A DNA stretch of 64,000 nucleotides from NCBI RefSeq assembly GCF_009914755.1, contig NC_060926.1, one strand, 5' to 3'. Made by a program: the position numbers and the translations under genes. Below are positions 51,922-64,000 of this stretch, piece by piece; position 1 is the stretch's first letter, and every line of letters begins with the position of its first letter. This DNA is from the human T2T-CHM13v2.0 reference genome, Homo sapiens. A model generated the notes under the pieces. The model saw only the letters and a program-made list of their open reading frames with translations, did not search any database and was not told the DNA's origin.

Positions 51922-54900
51922 ATGCACACACAGAAAGCACAGATGCATGCAAACAGATCAGACACAAACATACAAACACACCACAGATTCGCACAGTTCA
52001 CACATACACATGCAAACACACACACCACCGATGCGAGCACACAGATCGGACACACACACGCAAACACACACACCACAGATGCACGCACACAGATCAGACA
52101 CACGCAAACACACACACCACAGATGCGAGCACACAGATCAGACACACACACGCACACACCACAGATGCGAGGACACAGATCACACATACACATGCAAACA
52201 CACACACCACAGATGCAAGCACACAGATAAGACACACACACGCAAACACACACAACATAGATGCGAGCACACAGATCAGACACACACAAGCAAACACACC
52301 ACAGATGCACGCACACAGATCAGACGCACACACGCAAAAACACACACCACAGACGTGAGCACACAGATCAGACACACACACGCAAACACACACACCAGAC
52401 GCACGCACACAGATCAGACACACACACGCAAACACACCACAGATGGACACACACAGATCAGACACACACGCAAACACACACACCACAGATGCACACACAC
52501 AGATCAGACACACACACGCACACACACCACAGATGCACACACACATCAGACACACACGCAAAAACACACACCACAGATGTGAGCACACAGATCAGAAACA
52601 CACGCAAACACACACAGATGCACACGCACAGATCAGACACACGCAAACACACACACCACAGATGCACACGCACAAATCAGACACACATGCACACACCACA
52701 GATGCACATGCACACATCAGACACACACGCAAACACACACATCACAGATGCACACACACAGATCAGACACACACGCAAACACACACACCACAGATTCACA
52801 CACACAGATCAGACACACACACGCAAACACACACAACACAGATGCACGCACACAGATCAGACACGCGCAAACACACACCACAGATGAACACACACAAATC
52901 AGACACACACATGCAAACACACACACCACAGATGAGAGCACACAGATCAGACACACACATGCAAACACACACAACACAGATGCAGACACACAGATCAGAC
53001 ACACACACGCAAACACACCACAGATGCGAGCACACATATCAGAAACACACACGCAAACACAAACACCACAGATGCACGCACACGGATCAGACACACACAC
53101 GCAAACACACACACCACAGATGCACGCACACAGATCAGACACACACACGCACACACACCACAGATGTACGCACACAGGTCAGACACACACACGCAAACAC
53201 ACACACCACAGATGCGCGCACACAGATCACACACATGCAAACACACACACCACAGATGCACGCACACAGATCACACACAGTCACACACACCACAGATGCA
53301 CACACACAGATATGACACAGACACGCACACACCACAGGTGCGAGCACACAGATCACACACACGCAAACACACACACCTCAGATGCACACAGATCAGACAC
53401 ACCCACGCAAACACACACCACAGATGCACGCACACAGATCAGACACACACATGCAAACACACACACCACAGATGCACGCAAACAGGTCAGACACACACAC
53501 GCAAACACACACACCACAGATGCGAGCACATAGATCACACACATGCAAACACACACACCACAGATGCAGACACACAGATCAGACACACACGCAAACACAC
53601 ACACCACAGATAAACACACACAGATCAGACACACACACATGCAAACACACCCACCACTGATGCACACACAGAGATCAGACACAGACATGCACACACACAC
53701 ACCACAGATGCACGCACACAGATCACACACACGCACACACACCACAGATGCACACACACAGATCAGACACACGCACAAACACAAACACACAGCACAGATG
53801 CACGCACACAGATCAGACACACGCAAACACACACACCACAGATGCACACACAGATCACACACACATGCAAACAGCGCAAATGCACACACACAGATCAGAC
53901 ACACAAGCAAACACACACACCACAGATGCGAGCACACAGATCAGACACACACAAGCAAACACACACACCACAGATGCGAGCACACAGATCACACATACAC
54001 ACGCAAACACACACACCACAGATGCACACAGATCAGACACAGACATGCAGACACACCATAGATGCGAGCACACGGATCAGACACACACATGCAAACACAC
54101 ACACCACAGATGCAGACACACAGATCAGACACACACGCAAACACACACACCACAGATACCAGCACGCAGATCAGACACACTCATGCAAACACACACACCA
54201 CAGATGCACAGATCAGACACACACGCAAACACACACACTGCAGATGCACACACACAGATCAGACACACACGCAAACACACACACCACAGATACATGCACA
54301 CAGATCAGACACACACACCACAGATGCACACACACAGATCAGACACACACATGCAAACACACACACCACAGATGCACACACACACGCAGATCACACACAC
54401 CCAAACACACACACCACAGATGCACACACACAGATCAGACACACACACACACCACAGATGCACACACAGACACTCACATGCAAACACACACACCACAGAT
54501 GCACTCAGATCAGACACACACACACAAACACACACACCACAGATGCACACACACAGATCAGGCACACACACGCAAACACACACACCACAGATGCACGCAC
54601 ACAGATCAGACACACGCAAACACACACACCACAGATGCATGCACACAGATCAGACACACTCATGCAAACACACACCACAGATGCACACGCACAGATCAGA
54701 CACACACACGCAAACACACACACCACAGATGCAAACACACACACCACAGATGCGCACAATCAGACACACTCACGCAAACACACACACCACAGATACACAC
54801 GCACAGATTAGACACACACACGCAAACACACACACCACTGATGCACGGACACAGATCAGACACACACACCACAGATGCACACACACAGATCAGACACACA

Positions 54901-56003
54901 CACGCAAACACACACACCACAGATGCACGCACACAGATCAGACACACACGCAAACACACACACCACAGATGCAAGCACACAGATCAGACACATGCAAACA
55001 CACACACCACAGATGCACGCGCACAGATCAGACACACTCATGCAAACACACACACCACAGATGCACACGCACAGATCAGACACACTCATGGAAACACACA
55101 CACCACAGATGCACACACACAGATCAGACACACACGCAAACACACACACCACTGATGCACACACACAGATCAGACATACGCAAACACACACACCACAGAT
55201 GCACACACACAGATCAGACATACGCAAACACACACACCACAGATACACACGCACAGATCAGACACACACACACCACTGATGCACACGCACAGATCAGACA
55301 CACACACACCACAGATGCACACACACAGATCAGACACACACATGCAAACACACACACCACAGATGCACACACACAGATCACACCCACATGCAAACAGCAC
55401 AGATGCGCACACACAGATCAGACACACACATGCAAGCACACACAGATCAGACACACACGCAAACACACACACCACAGATGCGAGCACACAGATCACACAT
55501 ACACACGCAAACACACACACCACAGATGCACACACACAGATCAGACACACACGCAAACACACACACCACAGATGCACACACACAGATCAGACACACGCCA
55601 CAGATGCACGCACACAGATCAGACACACGCATGCAAACACACACACCACAGATGCACACACACAGATCACACACATGCAAACACACCACAAATGCACGCA
55701 CACAGATCAGACACACACACGCAAACACACACACCACAGATGCACGCACACAGATCAGACACACACATGCAAACACACACACCACAGATGCACACACACA
55801 GATCAGACACACACGCAAACACACACACCACAGATGCACACACACAGAGATCACACATGCACACACATGCATACACATTCACACACATAGAAATCACAGA
55901 CACACACACATGCAGAGATCATATGCAGTGAGATCATACACACACAGATCACACACACATACACATGCACAATCATACACACGCAGGTGCACATGCAGAC
56001 ACA
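51922..56003. repeat. ~4.1-kb CA-rich compound VNTR (~49-bp unit, ~80 copies)
   Basis: cagatcagacacacacacgcaaacacacacaccacagatgcac(g/a)caca repeated with CA slippage variants. Confidence 0.97.
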
Positions 56004-57559
56004 CAGCCTCCTGCCTTTCAATCTTCCTTTTTGTGACGACTTGCAGCTCTAAGAGTTGGGGAAGTGAAGAGATGCCTGCAGGACGGCGTGCAGAGGGGAA
56101 GGAGGGTGCTGCCCCTGCGCTGGGACACAGCAAGCTGGTGGCAACCACTGCCCCAGGAGTGGGAGGAGGTCCCTGTGGGGTCAGGGCTGAGGAGCTGGAC
56201 ACCATCCGTGCCTTTGGTGACGACTGCAGACACAGCTGTCCCAGGAAAGTGGGAAATAGGCAATGCGGAAAACAGGCCTTGCTGACTCCTAGCCAACGAG
56301 GGAGGTGCCAGGCAGCTGGTGATGGGCACAGAGCACCCTCGAGTCTCTCACGTCCCAAACCGGGCTGGGCCCCAGGGCAGGGCACCCACAGCAGAAGCTG
56401 AGCACGCGGAGGCTGCACCAGGCACCGGATCATATGCATACACAGAGATCATACACACAAAGAGATCACAGACACACACGTGCAGGCACCGGCTGCATGG
56501 CCCTGCACACCCTCTGGGCTCCCCACTCTCGGCGGCATCTTTGGTGTCAAAGCTTCCCCTGAGTCTCAGAACCTCCAGGTGTTCCCTGGCCTGGCCCTGG
56601 GAGATCCCGTGATGCCTCCTCTGGTCCCCACTCCTCAGGGCTTGTAGGCAGCATTGGAGAGTCTGTATCTGAGCAGGTCTATGCTGTCAAGCTCCATCAG
56701 AACAAACATGGATTTGCAGGCAGAAGCCCAGCTGTCAGCCTCGCTCGGTGAACTTAGAAAAGTCATTGAGCAAAGGGAACCTCAGAATCTCCTGAAAATG
56801 AGGATTGTCCTCAAAGTTGTTGACGAAAATCAGATCCGAGCTCACTAAGCCCATCAAATTCGTTTCACCGGCTCATAAAGTTAGGAGAAGGTCATCTGGG
56901 GAGTAGACGCGCCTTCCCAGGGCTGGCTGTGTCCCTCCGAGATGGAGCCTGGCACCTGGCTCCAGGCTCACTTTCCTAACTATGTAAAGAAATGGTCTCA
57001 TCTCACCAGAGGGCACCAGGGCCCCTTCCGGATTTGGGAAGGGGGCTTGGGAACTGCCTTCTCTGCCTCAGTAGGTGGTGAATCTGGTGAGCATCTCATT
57101 CCAGCTGCTCAGGCCATCAGCTTTGGAGCCTTTCTTGGCCCCTCTCTTTCTCTAATAAAGTTCACTTAACCAGTTAGAAATCATGCTGATTCTACCTTCA
57201 AAACTACTGTGCATGATTTTGGGGACTGAATCCCACAGCATTTCAGGGTGAGCATTAAGGAACAAGACGCATTGTACGAGGTGAAACTAACAAGATTCAG
57301 GAGGAGAAGAGAGGTGCCCTGGCCTGTCCCCCATCCCGTGTGGCCGTGGACGGCGTCTCCTGGCCAGAGGAGTTGCCACCTCCCAGCTCCGGGTACTGCA
57401 AAGTCTGCTGGCAAAGTCATGGGACCACGAGGACAAGAGAAACAGAAACAGCAGTGCGATTCCCATGTCTTCAGTGAGCTTGGCTGCAGCCCTCCTGGGG
57501 AGAAGCTTATTCTCCAGGCACCCAGGATGAGGCACTGGCTCAAGGTCGCTCATGATAGC

Positions 57560-58126
57560 TCTGCTCATGGCCTCTGCCCTCTGCTCTGTCACCAAACCCA
57601 AACCAGGGCATTTCACTCTTTGGCTTAAGAATAGCAAAGCCTTCCTTCTCCACTGGCAGGATAAGCCGTCTTCACAGTGGCCTGGGATGCCCTGGAGGGC
57701 CCAACTGTGTTGTGCCCTGGCCCCTCCTCTTCCTGCTGCTCCCTGCTCACCCAGCTCAGGGGTCTCCCTGCCACAGCCTTTGCCTGCCCCTTCCCTCTGC
57801 CAGCAAGTCTCCTCCGCAGCTCTGTGCATGCCACACTCCTCCGATCCCCCGACCACCTGGTTTAACCCCGCACCTAGCTCACCCCACCACCCTCCAATTC
57901 CCTGGGGCCCTCACCCTGTTCAACGTCTTTTTCCATAACACATATCATCTTCCAGCATTCGATGTGATGTTAGTATTGATGATGCTTATTGTTAACTGAT
58001 TGCCACCTGTCCCTCCACACCCACCTGACTAGAAGGGAAGTTCTCTGGGGCAGGGTCTGTTTTGCTCACTGAGGCATCGCCAGTGCCTAGAACATTGCCC
58101 TCAATAAATATGTGTTCAAGGATGAG
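57560..58126 (+). mobile_element. L2 3' end
   Basis: gggcagggtctgttttgctcactg...cagtgcctagaaca...ctcaataaatatgtgtt. Confidence 0.7.
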
Positions 58127-58129
58127 AGA

Positions 58130-58265
58130 TTGGACAAGTGCTGACTGACACTCCCGCATGTCAGGAACTGTGCTGGGCCCCGGGATGAGAGCTGGACTTT
58201 AAAAACAATACTGTGAGTGGATGAGCCGCGGCCTGTGCCCTCAGGAGCCCCTGGTCTCGGGGAGG
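58130..58265 (-). mobile_element. L2 3' fragment, opposite orientation
   Basis: atgtcaggaactgtgctgggccccgggat...gccctcaggagccc. Confidence 0.45.
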
Positions 58266-58767
58266 CATGGATCTGTGTTGCTCATGAGGATGGGGCTTAT
58301 TCACGGAGCTGGGCCTGGGACCCCCGGGGCCTGTTCCTCCATCATCTGCTGACCATTTCCAGCAAGGATGGTCAGCAGCGTCGCATCTGCTGATGAACGA
58401 GCAGGGGAAGGGCGCTCTGTGTGCGTCGGACTCTTCCCAGATGTGGAAGATTTGCCTTCCCAGAAAAAACCCGGCTCATCAGCCTGCAAACCACAGACGT
58501 GCAGGGATCCACAGGGCCCCACATCTGGAGGTGACGTCATTGTGTGTGTGCCCCCTAACCCGGTGATGTCAGGCCTGCTAAGTCCAAAGTCCAAGCCATA
58601 GCTGACCTGCCGTGACCTCCTTAGCCGTTCTTAGGGAGAAGCTGTGACCCCACATGAGACCTGGAGATGGAAGAGGCAGTCTAAGGGCTTAGTCATTTGT
58701 TTACCAGGGTCTAAACATGGTGCTGGGGAAACAGGCCAGAAATCCAAACAAGCCTCCTCCCGGCTTC

Positions 58768-59122
58768 CTGTCCAACACTCCACCCAGAGGTGCCCCGAGG
58801 CTCCCAGACGCTGCCCGTGGTACCAGCTCCCTTCAGGACTGTCCAACGCTCCACCCAGAGGTGCCCCGAGGCTCCCAGACGCTGCCTGTGGTGCCAGCTC
58901 CCTCCAGGACTGTCCAACGCTCCACCCGAAGGTGCCCCGAAGCTCCCAGACACTGCCCGTGGTGCCAGCGCCCTCCAGGACTGTCCAACGCTCCTCCCGG
59001 AGGTGCCCTGAGGCTCCCAGATGCTGCCCGTGGTGCCAGCTCCCTCCAGGACTGTCCAACACTCCACCCAAAGGTGGCTGAGGCTCCCAGACACTGCCCA
59101 TGGTGCCAGCTCCCTTCAGGAC
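58768..59122. repeat. 71-bp VNTR, 5 copies
   Basis: ctgtccaac starts at 58768, 58839, 58910, 58981 and 59052. Confidence 0.95.
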
Positions 59123-60539
59123 GCTTGTTCCTCCACCTCCACTCGGGGGAGCCTCCTGCACTTGCCCTGGTTGTGTCGTAAGGCTTGGATTACAAATGTA
59201 AATATGCACATACAGAGAAGTGTCTACTACAAGTGAACATACCTCTATAAATATTTATCAGTTTATATTATAGATATTTGCATAAACATGTTCTATGTAA
59301 ATATGTACTTTAAAATAATTATCTGGGTGGATAGATAATTGTCTGGCCCAGTGTGTAGCAGACCCAGGGCCCCTGGTGCTGGCAGGCATTCCTCCTCCTC
59401 CCTGAACACCCCTGGGAAAAACGGGGTTCCCCAGGTGCCTTTTGAGAAAGAGGGAAGGTTTGGGTTTGCCAGGGATGGGTACAGCCTCTTCAGCTCAGCA
59501 AAGCTGGGGAAGGCTTCACCGAGCACTTGGTCTCGGAGCTGGGCCTTCCGGGATAAATGAGGCTTTGTCCGCTGACTATGGGGAGTGGGTGGAGGGTGTC
59601 CCTGGCAGACATGGCCGAGTGTGGAAGCCCCTGAGGCCTCGGGGAATGGAACCAGCTGGGCTGCAGAGGGGTCAAGGCCAAGCTACGATGCCCCTTGTAC
59701 TCATTCTTTGGACTCAGCCGATGTGAAGCAGGGAAATTGTGTAATGTGTTTTGCTTCTTAGAATGATCATGTGGGCAGCAGAGCAGAGAGTGGTTGGGAG
59801 CACAAGGTTCAGAGAGGCAAGAGGACATGAGGCAGTGGTCGGAAAGACAGGTGAGCACATTCTGCAGCTGGACAGAAAAGGTGGCATTCACTGAAATGAA
59901 CGTGGGTTTGAAGGAGCAATATGAAGACTATGACGTAATTTAAAACGTGCAGGGATGGATTTCTATGCCCAGGAGTGGGTGTGCAAGAACTGACCTCTGC
60001 CGTTATTTTCTATAAGCCAACGACACCCTCTGCATGAGCGGAAACCCGCTTCAATCCCTGTAGATCCTGTCCCCGCGTTCAATCAGGGTCATGTCAGGCG
60101 CCCGGGATGGAAGCCAGCATGAGGAGTCAGGGAGAGGGTTCCTCCCCACCCACCCGACGCAGGACGCTCTCAGCTGCCCCCGGCCCTTTCGCTTCGGGCC
60201 TCCAGGGTTCTCTCCGCTCCCTGGACAGCCCCTCTCATTTCCCACCCAGATGCTCACATTTCTTCTAGGCCAGGCTGCTCCTCGCTTGGCCCTCTGCCTC
60301 TTCTGCCTTGTACCTTCTCCTAAAGTGCTCTAAATCCTCATAAGGATCTAGGCTTTTGGAAAATCACAGGCAAGAGAAAAAAAAAAAGCAGGACTCCTGA
60401 GCTTTGGGCCAGCTGTTTTCTCCCCTTTGGTGCTGAAGTGGAATCGGCCACCTGCTTACAAGGACAGCGTGAGAGGGGAAAGGGGAGGAGCAGGAACGTG
60501 CGTGAACCCGACAGAACAGAGGGGATGATGACCATGAGA

Positions 60540-60710
60540 ATAATGGATTATTTACTGGGCATTGCACTAAGTATCCCACAACTGTGTCATTGAATCTGAA
60601 GATAATCCTAGACTAGAAATCATTATCTTTACTTTACAGACGACATAACCAAAGTTCAGAGAGGCTAAGCAGCTTTCCGAGAGTCACACAGCAAATGGAG
60701 GCTGTGTGGA
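60540..60710 (-). mobile_element. MIR
   Basis: attatctttactttacagacgacataaccaaagttcagagaggctaagcagc...gtcacacagc. Confidence 0.7.
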
Positions 60711-61817
60711 GTCTACGCAGCTGAGCGCCTGCCCCGTGCTGTCGGGTCATGCTTCCCTGTCCAGGTCACTCTGGGAGGTCAGCCCACCAGGCCCCAGGCT
60801 GCCGCAGGGGCCCAGGTTCAAGGCCCTTCCCCGCTCCTCCCCCAGGGTCTCCAGTGTGCTGGAATCTCCGTCTTCTCACCATAACCTCACCCCATCCCTG
60901 GATTCTTCCCAAGGGCAACCCATGGGTGATATCGGTACAAAAAATGTCACCAGAAGGAATTAAGAAAAAACTTAGAACAAGATTTTAAGGAAGAAAGTGA
61001 ATTTCCCACACCAAACCCCAGTACTACTGAACTTAGCACCATCTGCTAAGTTCTCATCAAAATAGATTCCACAGGTCCCGTCTGCTGGGGCGAGCTGGGG
61101 AGACCCCTGCGCCGTCCAGAGAGCGGAGGTGCTGCTCCTCTCCGGCTCAGTGTGGTGACGCCTCCCAAGTCACAGGAGCAGACGGGGTCATCGGCACACC
61201 TGGGAGCACCCTCGGCCTTGGTTGCCTGTGCCTGGGTTCGCTGGATTTTCCACCAAATCAGCCAGGCTGGGGCTGCCATTGGACCTGTGCCTTCTGCACA
61301 CAGATGCTGCCTGACATGGTGCCCGACTCTCCAAGGCGTCAGGTAGAGAGAACGTAACAGACGCGAGTGTGGGGTTGTTTTGATGGTCTGAATCAGCTAC
61401 CACACCTACTAACTTAGACCGCCTTAGGAATCAAATGTACTCGTTCTTCGTATTTTCACTGTCAGGAAAATACATTGTAACTAGATTGGACAACAGGGTC
61501 GTCCAACCTGTTCAAATTGTCGATAGAGGGTGTTACAACAGCTGTCGTTCTGCCCAAGCTCTCAGTTAGTGAGCCCCCATGCCAGGGCGGAGCATCCAAC
61601 AAGGACACTGCAGGTCCTGAATGTGCAAACACGCAGAGGATCCCCCCGCCGATCCCCATCCCAAAGACGGGGTCCCCCGTGGGCCCCGGGGGCTAAGCAG
61701 GGATGGCCGTGACAGGAAAGGCTGCACGTGCCCACAGAACTTTCCAATGAGTGAGTAAGCCCCAGACCTCTTGTCCAACAACGACATCTTCTTAGACCCC
61801 AGTCAGGAACCTAAACC

Positions 61818-61818
<1 letters not shown>

Positions 61819-61869
<51 letters not shown>

Positions 61870-62813
61870 GAGCTATACAGCCATACAGACACACACACAC
61901 AAAAACACAGACACAGACATACACACAAAACAGACACACACACACACCCCTACACACAGACACACACAGACACATACATATATAACCCACACACAGACAA
62001 AGCATACACAACCTACACACATACACACACAGACATACACATACAACCTACATACACACACACAAACACACACGCATATACACAACTATACACATATAAT
62101 CTACACACACACACATATACACACCTACACATACATATACAACCTACACGCAGATATACACCAATATACACACAGACACAAAAAAAACCAGACACACATA
62201 TATACATATACACACCTACACACACATATACAACCTACACACAAAGACATACACACACAATAGACATAGACACACACATGAACACACAAAGATACATATA
62301 CACACCTACACACACAGCCTAGAAAGACACACATACAGATACACAGACATAGACAAAAACACACAAAGACACAGACACACACACATATACAACATATACA
62401 CAGACACACACACATACAGACACAGACATATATATACACCTACACATACATATACAACCTACACACACACAGACATAAAAACTCACAAATACACACCTAC
62501 ATACACAGAGACATATACAACCTATACACACACAGATACACAGAGATACACAGTCACACACGCACTTATACACACCTACACACACACAACACACAGACAC
62601 AAAGATACACAGACATACGCACAAACTCACAGACACACACACAAAGACACATACATACACCTACACGCACACAAACACACACAGAGACACAAAGACACAA
62701 AGACCCAGATACACACACTTATGCACAGACACACATACAGATACACAGACAGCAGGTACATACTTAACACACAGGCACAGAGACACACAGACCCATAGAC
62801 ACACAGATACACA
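61819..62813. repeat. (CA)n microsatellite followed by ~1 kb CA-rich low complexity
   Basis: (CA)~18 then degenerate acacatacagacac tracts. Confidence 0.95.
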
Positions 62814-64000
62814 TTTTTTAAAATCCTTGTGCCTTGTTAACTCTCTGAGACTTTACGTGGACACTATTCCACAGGGTCTGACGGAGTCACCGACATTGAC
62901 ACATCTCAGCTGAGAAGGGGCGAATGGACTCCTGGGCCTGCGTCTGGTACCCCCCTGGCAGACAGGACGGCTGGAAAGTGGAGGTGGATAAATGATTTTG
63001 TTTGTTTGTTTCTTCCACAAACACAGGCTGGCCACTTCCCGTGTGACAGGGACTCTGCATGGGCCTAAGATAAAAACATCACGAGAGGCAGCGTCTGCTT
63101 CCAGGAATTGCATAGGAAGTGAGGCAGAGAAGTCATTTCCCGGCGCCTGGAAGCCGCTGCCCCACACAGGACAGCAGGTGGGGAGAGGCGGCCTCCTGGC
63201 ATGGAAAACGGTGAGGAAAGCTGTCTGAGAGCGGCCTCTGCGCGCCGGGCAGGAGGCAGTGCTGACGTCACAGGCAGCCTGTAGCCCTGACATGGGGACA
63301 AATAGCTCCCCCAGCCTGAACGACTTCAGCATCACCCATGTGTGGAAGAGCTGTTCAACGGTCGCCACCGCAGATAATTCAATTCAGCTTAGCAGAGTCT
63401 GTCTCTTTAAGAAAGTGAAGAAGAGGGCAATATAATTTTTAAAAGTGACAACAGGCAAAATCTAGATTATGTGGGAAATACGCTTGAAAGCGGCACCTTT
63501 AAAGTGATGCTGGATGCCCAAGATTATTTCTGGGCATTGATTCATTAGACAGGCAACAAACGCCATCTGAGCAGCTGCCACCAGCCAGGCACTGCCCTGG
63601 GCCGGAAGCTGCAGCATGTCCATCTGTCCATCCTCGGGAAGCCTCTTAGCCCCACATCTAAACACAGGGCACGACCCGGCCAAATCACCAAAACCCAGTC
63701 TGCGGACCGCTCACACTTCCCCGTGGTGTCTCAGGATGAGGTAATATGGGGGCAGCCCCGGGGGAAAGTCCCCAGACAGCAGCCGACGCCAATCCACATT
63801 TCCCGCAGCGACAAGCAAGAAAAAGAGAAAGGAATTCCTGTCTGGCCACGGCTCTGCCTCATCCTCTGAGCATCAGCTTCTCCATCTGTAAACTGGGGCA
63901 GTCTGCTCCGCCTGCCTGTCTCTGGGAGGATGTGTGGGAGGGGACGGCCGAGGGGCTCCGTAGAACGAAGGGCCTTCCTACAGCCATCCTGCACTCAAGG

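Noticed and set aside
51621-56401. Long His/Thr-rich and Cys/Val-rich ORFs up to 727 aa
   Set aside because: They are translations of CA/TG repeats, open in many frames on both strands, with no domain or splice structure.

Overview
Primate, almost certainly human, non-coding genomic DNA of the GC-rich, minisatellite-dense, subtelomere-like type. AluY/AluS SINEs, a HERV-K(HML-2) LTR5 solo LTR, MER4-group LTRs and L1/L2/MIR relics support this. I cannot place the locus or recognise any protein-coding exon, RNA gene or CRISPR array. The long ORFs in the track mostly come from tandem repeats or GC-rich DNA. The only clear protein homology is a decayed retroviral Env TM fragment (8464-8646, minus strand) inside an internally deleted two-LTR ERV1 provirus (about 7540-9731) that still shows a PBS and a PPT. 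Roughly 14-15 kb (over 20%) is tandem repeat, with units of 14, 20, 28, 33/48, about 49, 52/53, 60, 71 and 131 bp, several with higher-order structure. The most notable observations are: (1) a 14-bp VNTR one base from the insulin ILPR G-quadruplex repeat; (2) a duplicated 28-bp minisatellite split by an AluY, where only one copy carries tandem ETS sites; (3) a 4-kb array repeating a RUNX/E-box composite; (4) a CpG-island-like VNTR; (5) a near-consensus CTCF site and two candidate enhancer motif clusters. I see no evidence for a new multi-gene system. Repeat subfamily names are from recall of consensus sequences and need RepeatMasker/Dfam confirmation.
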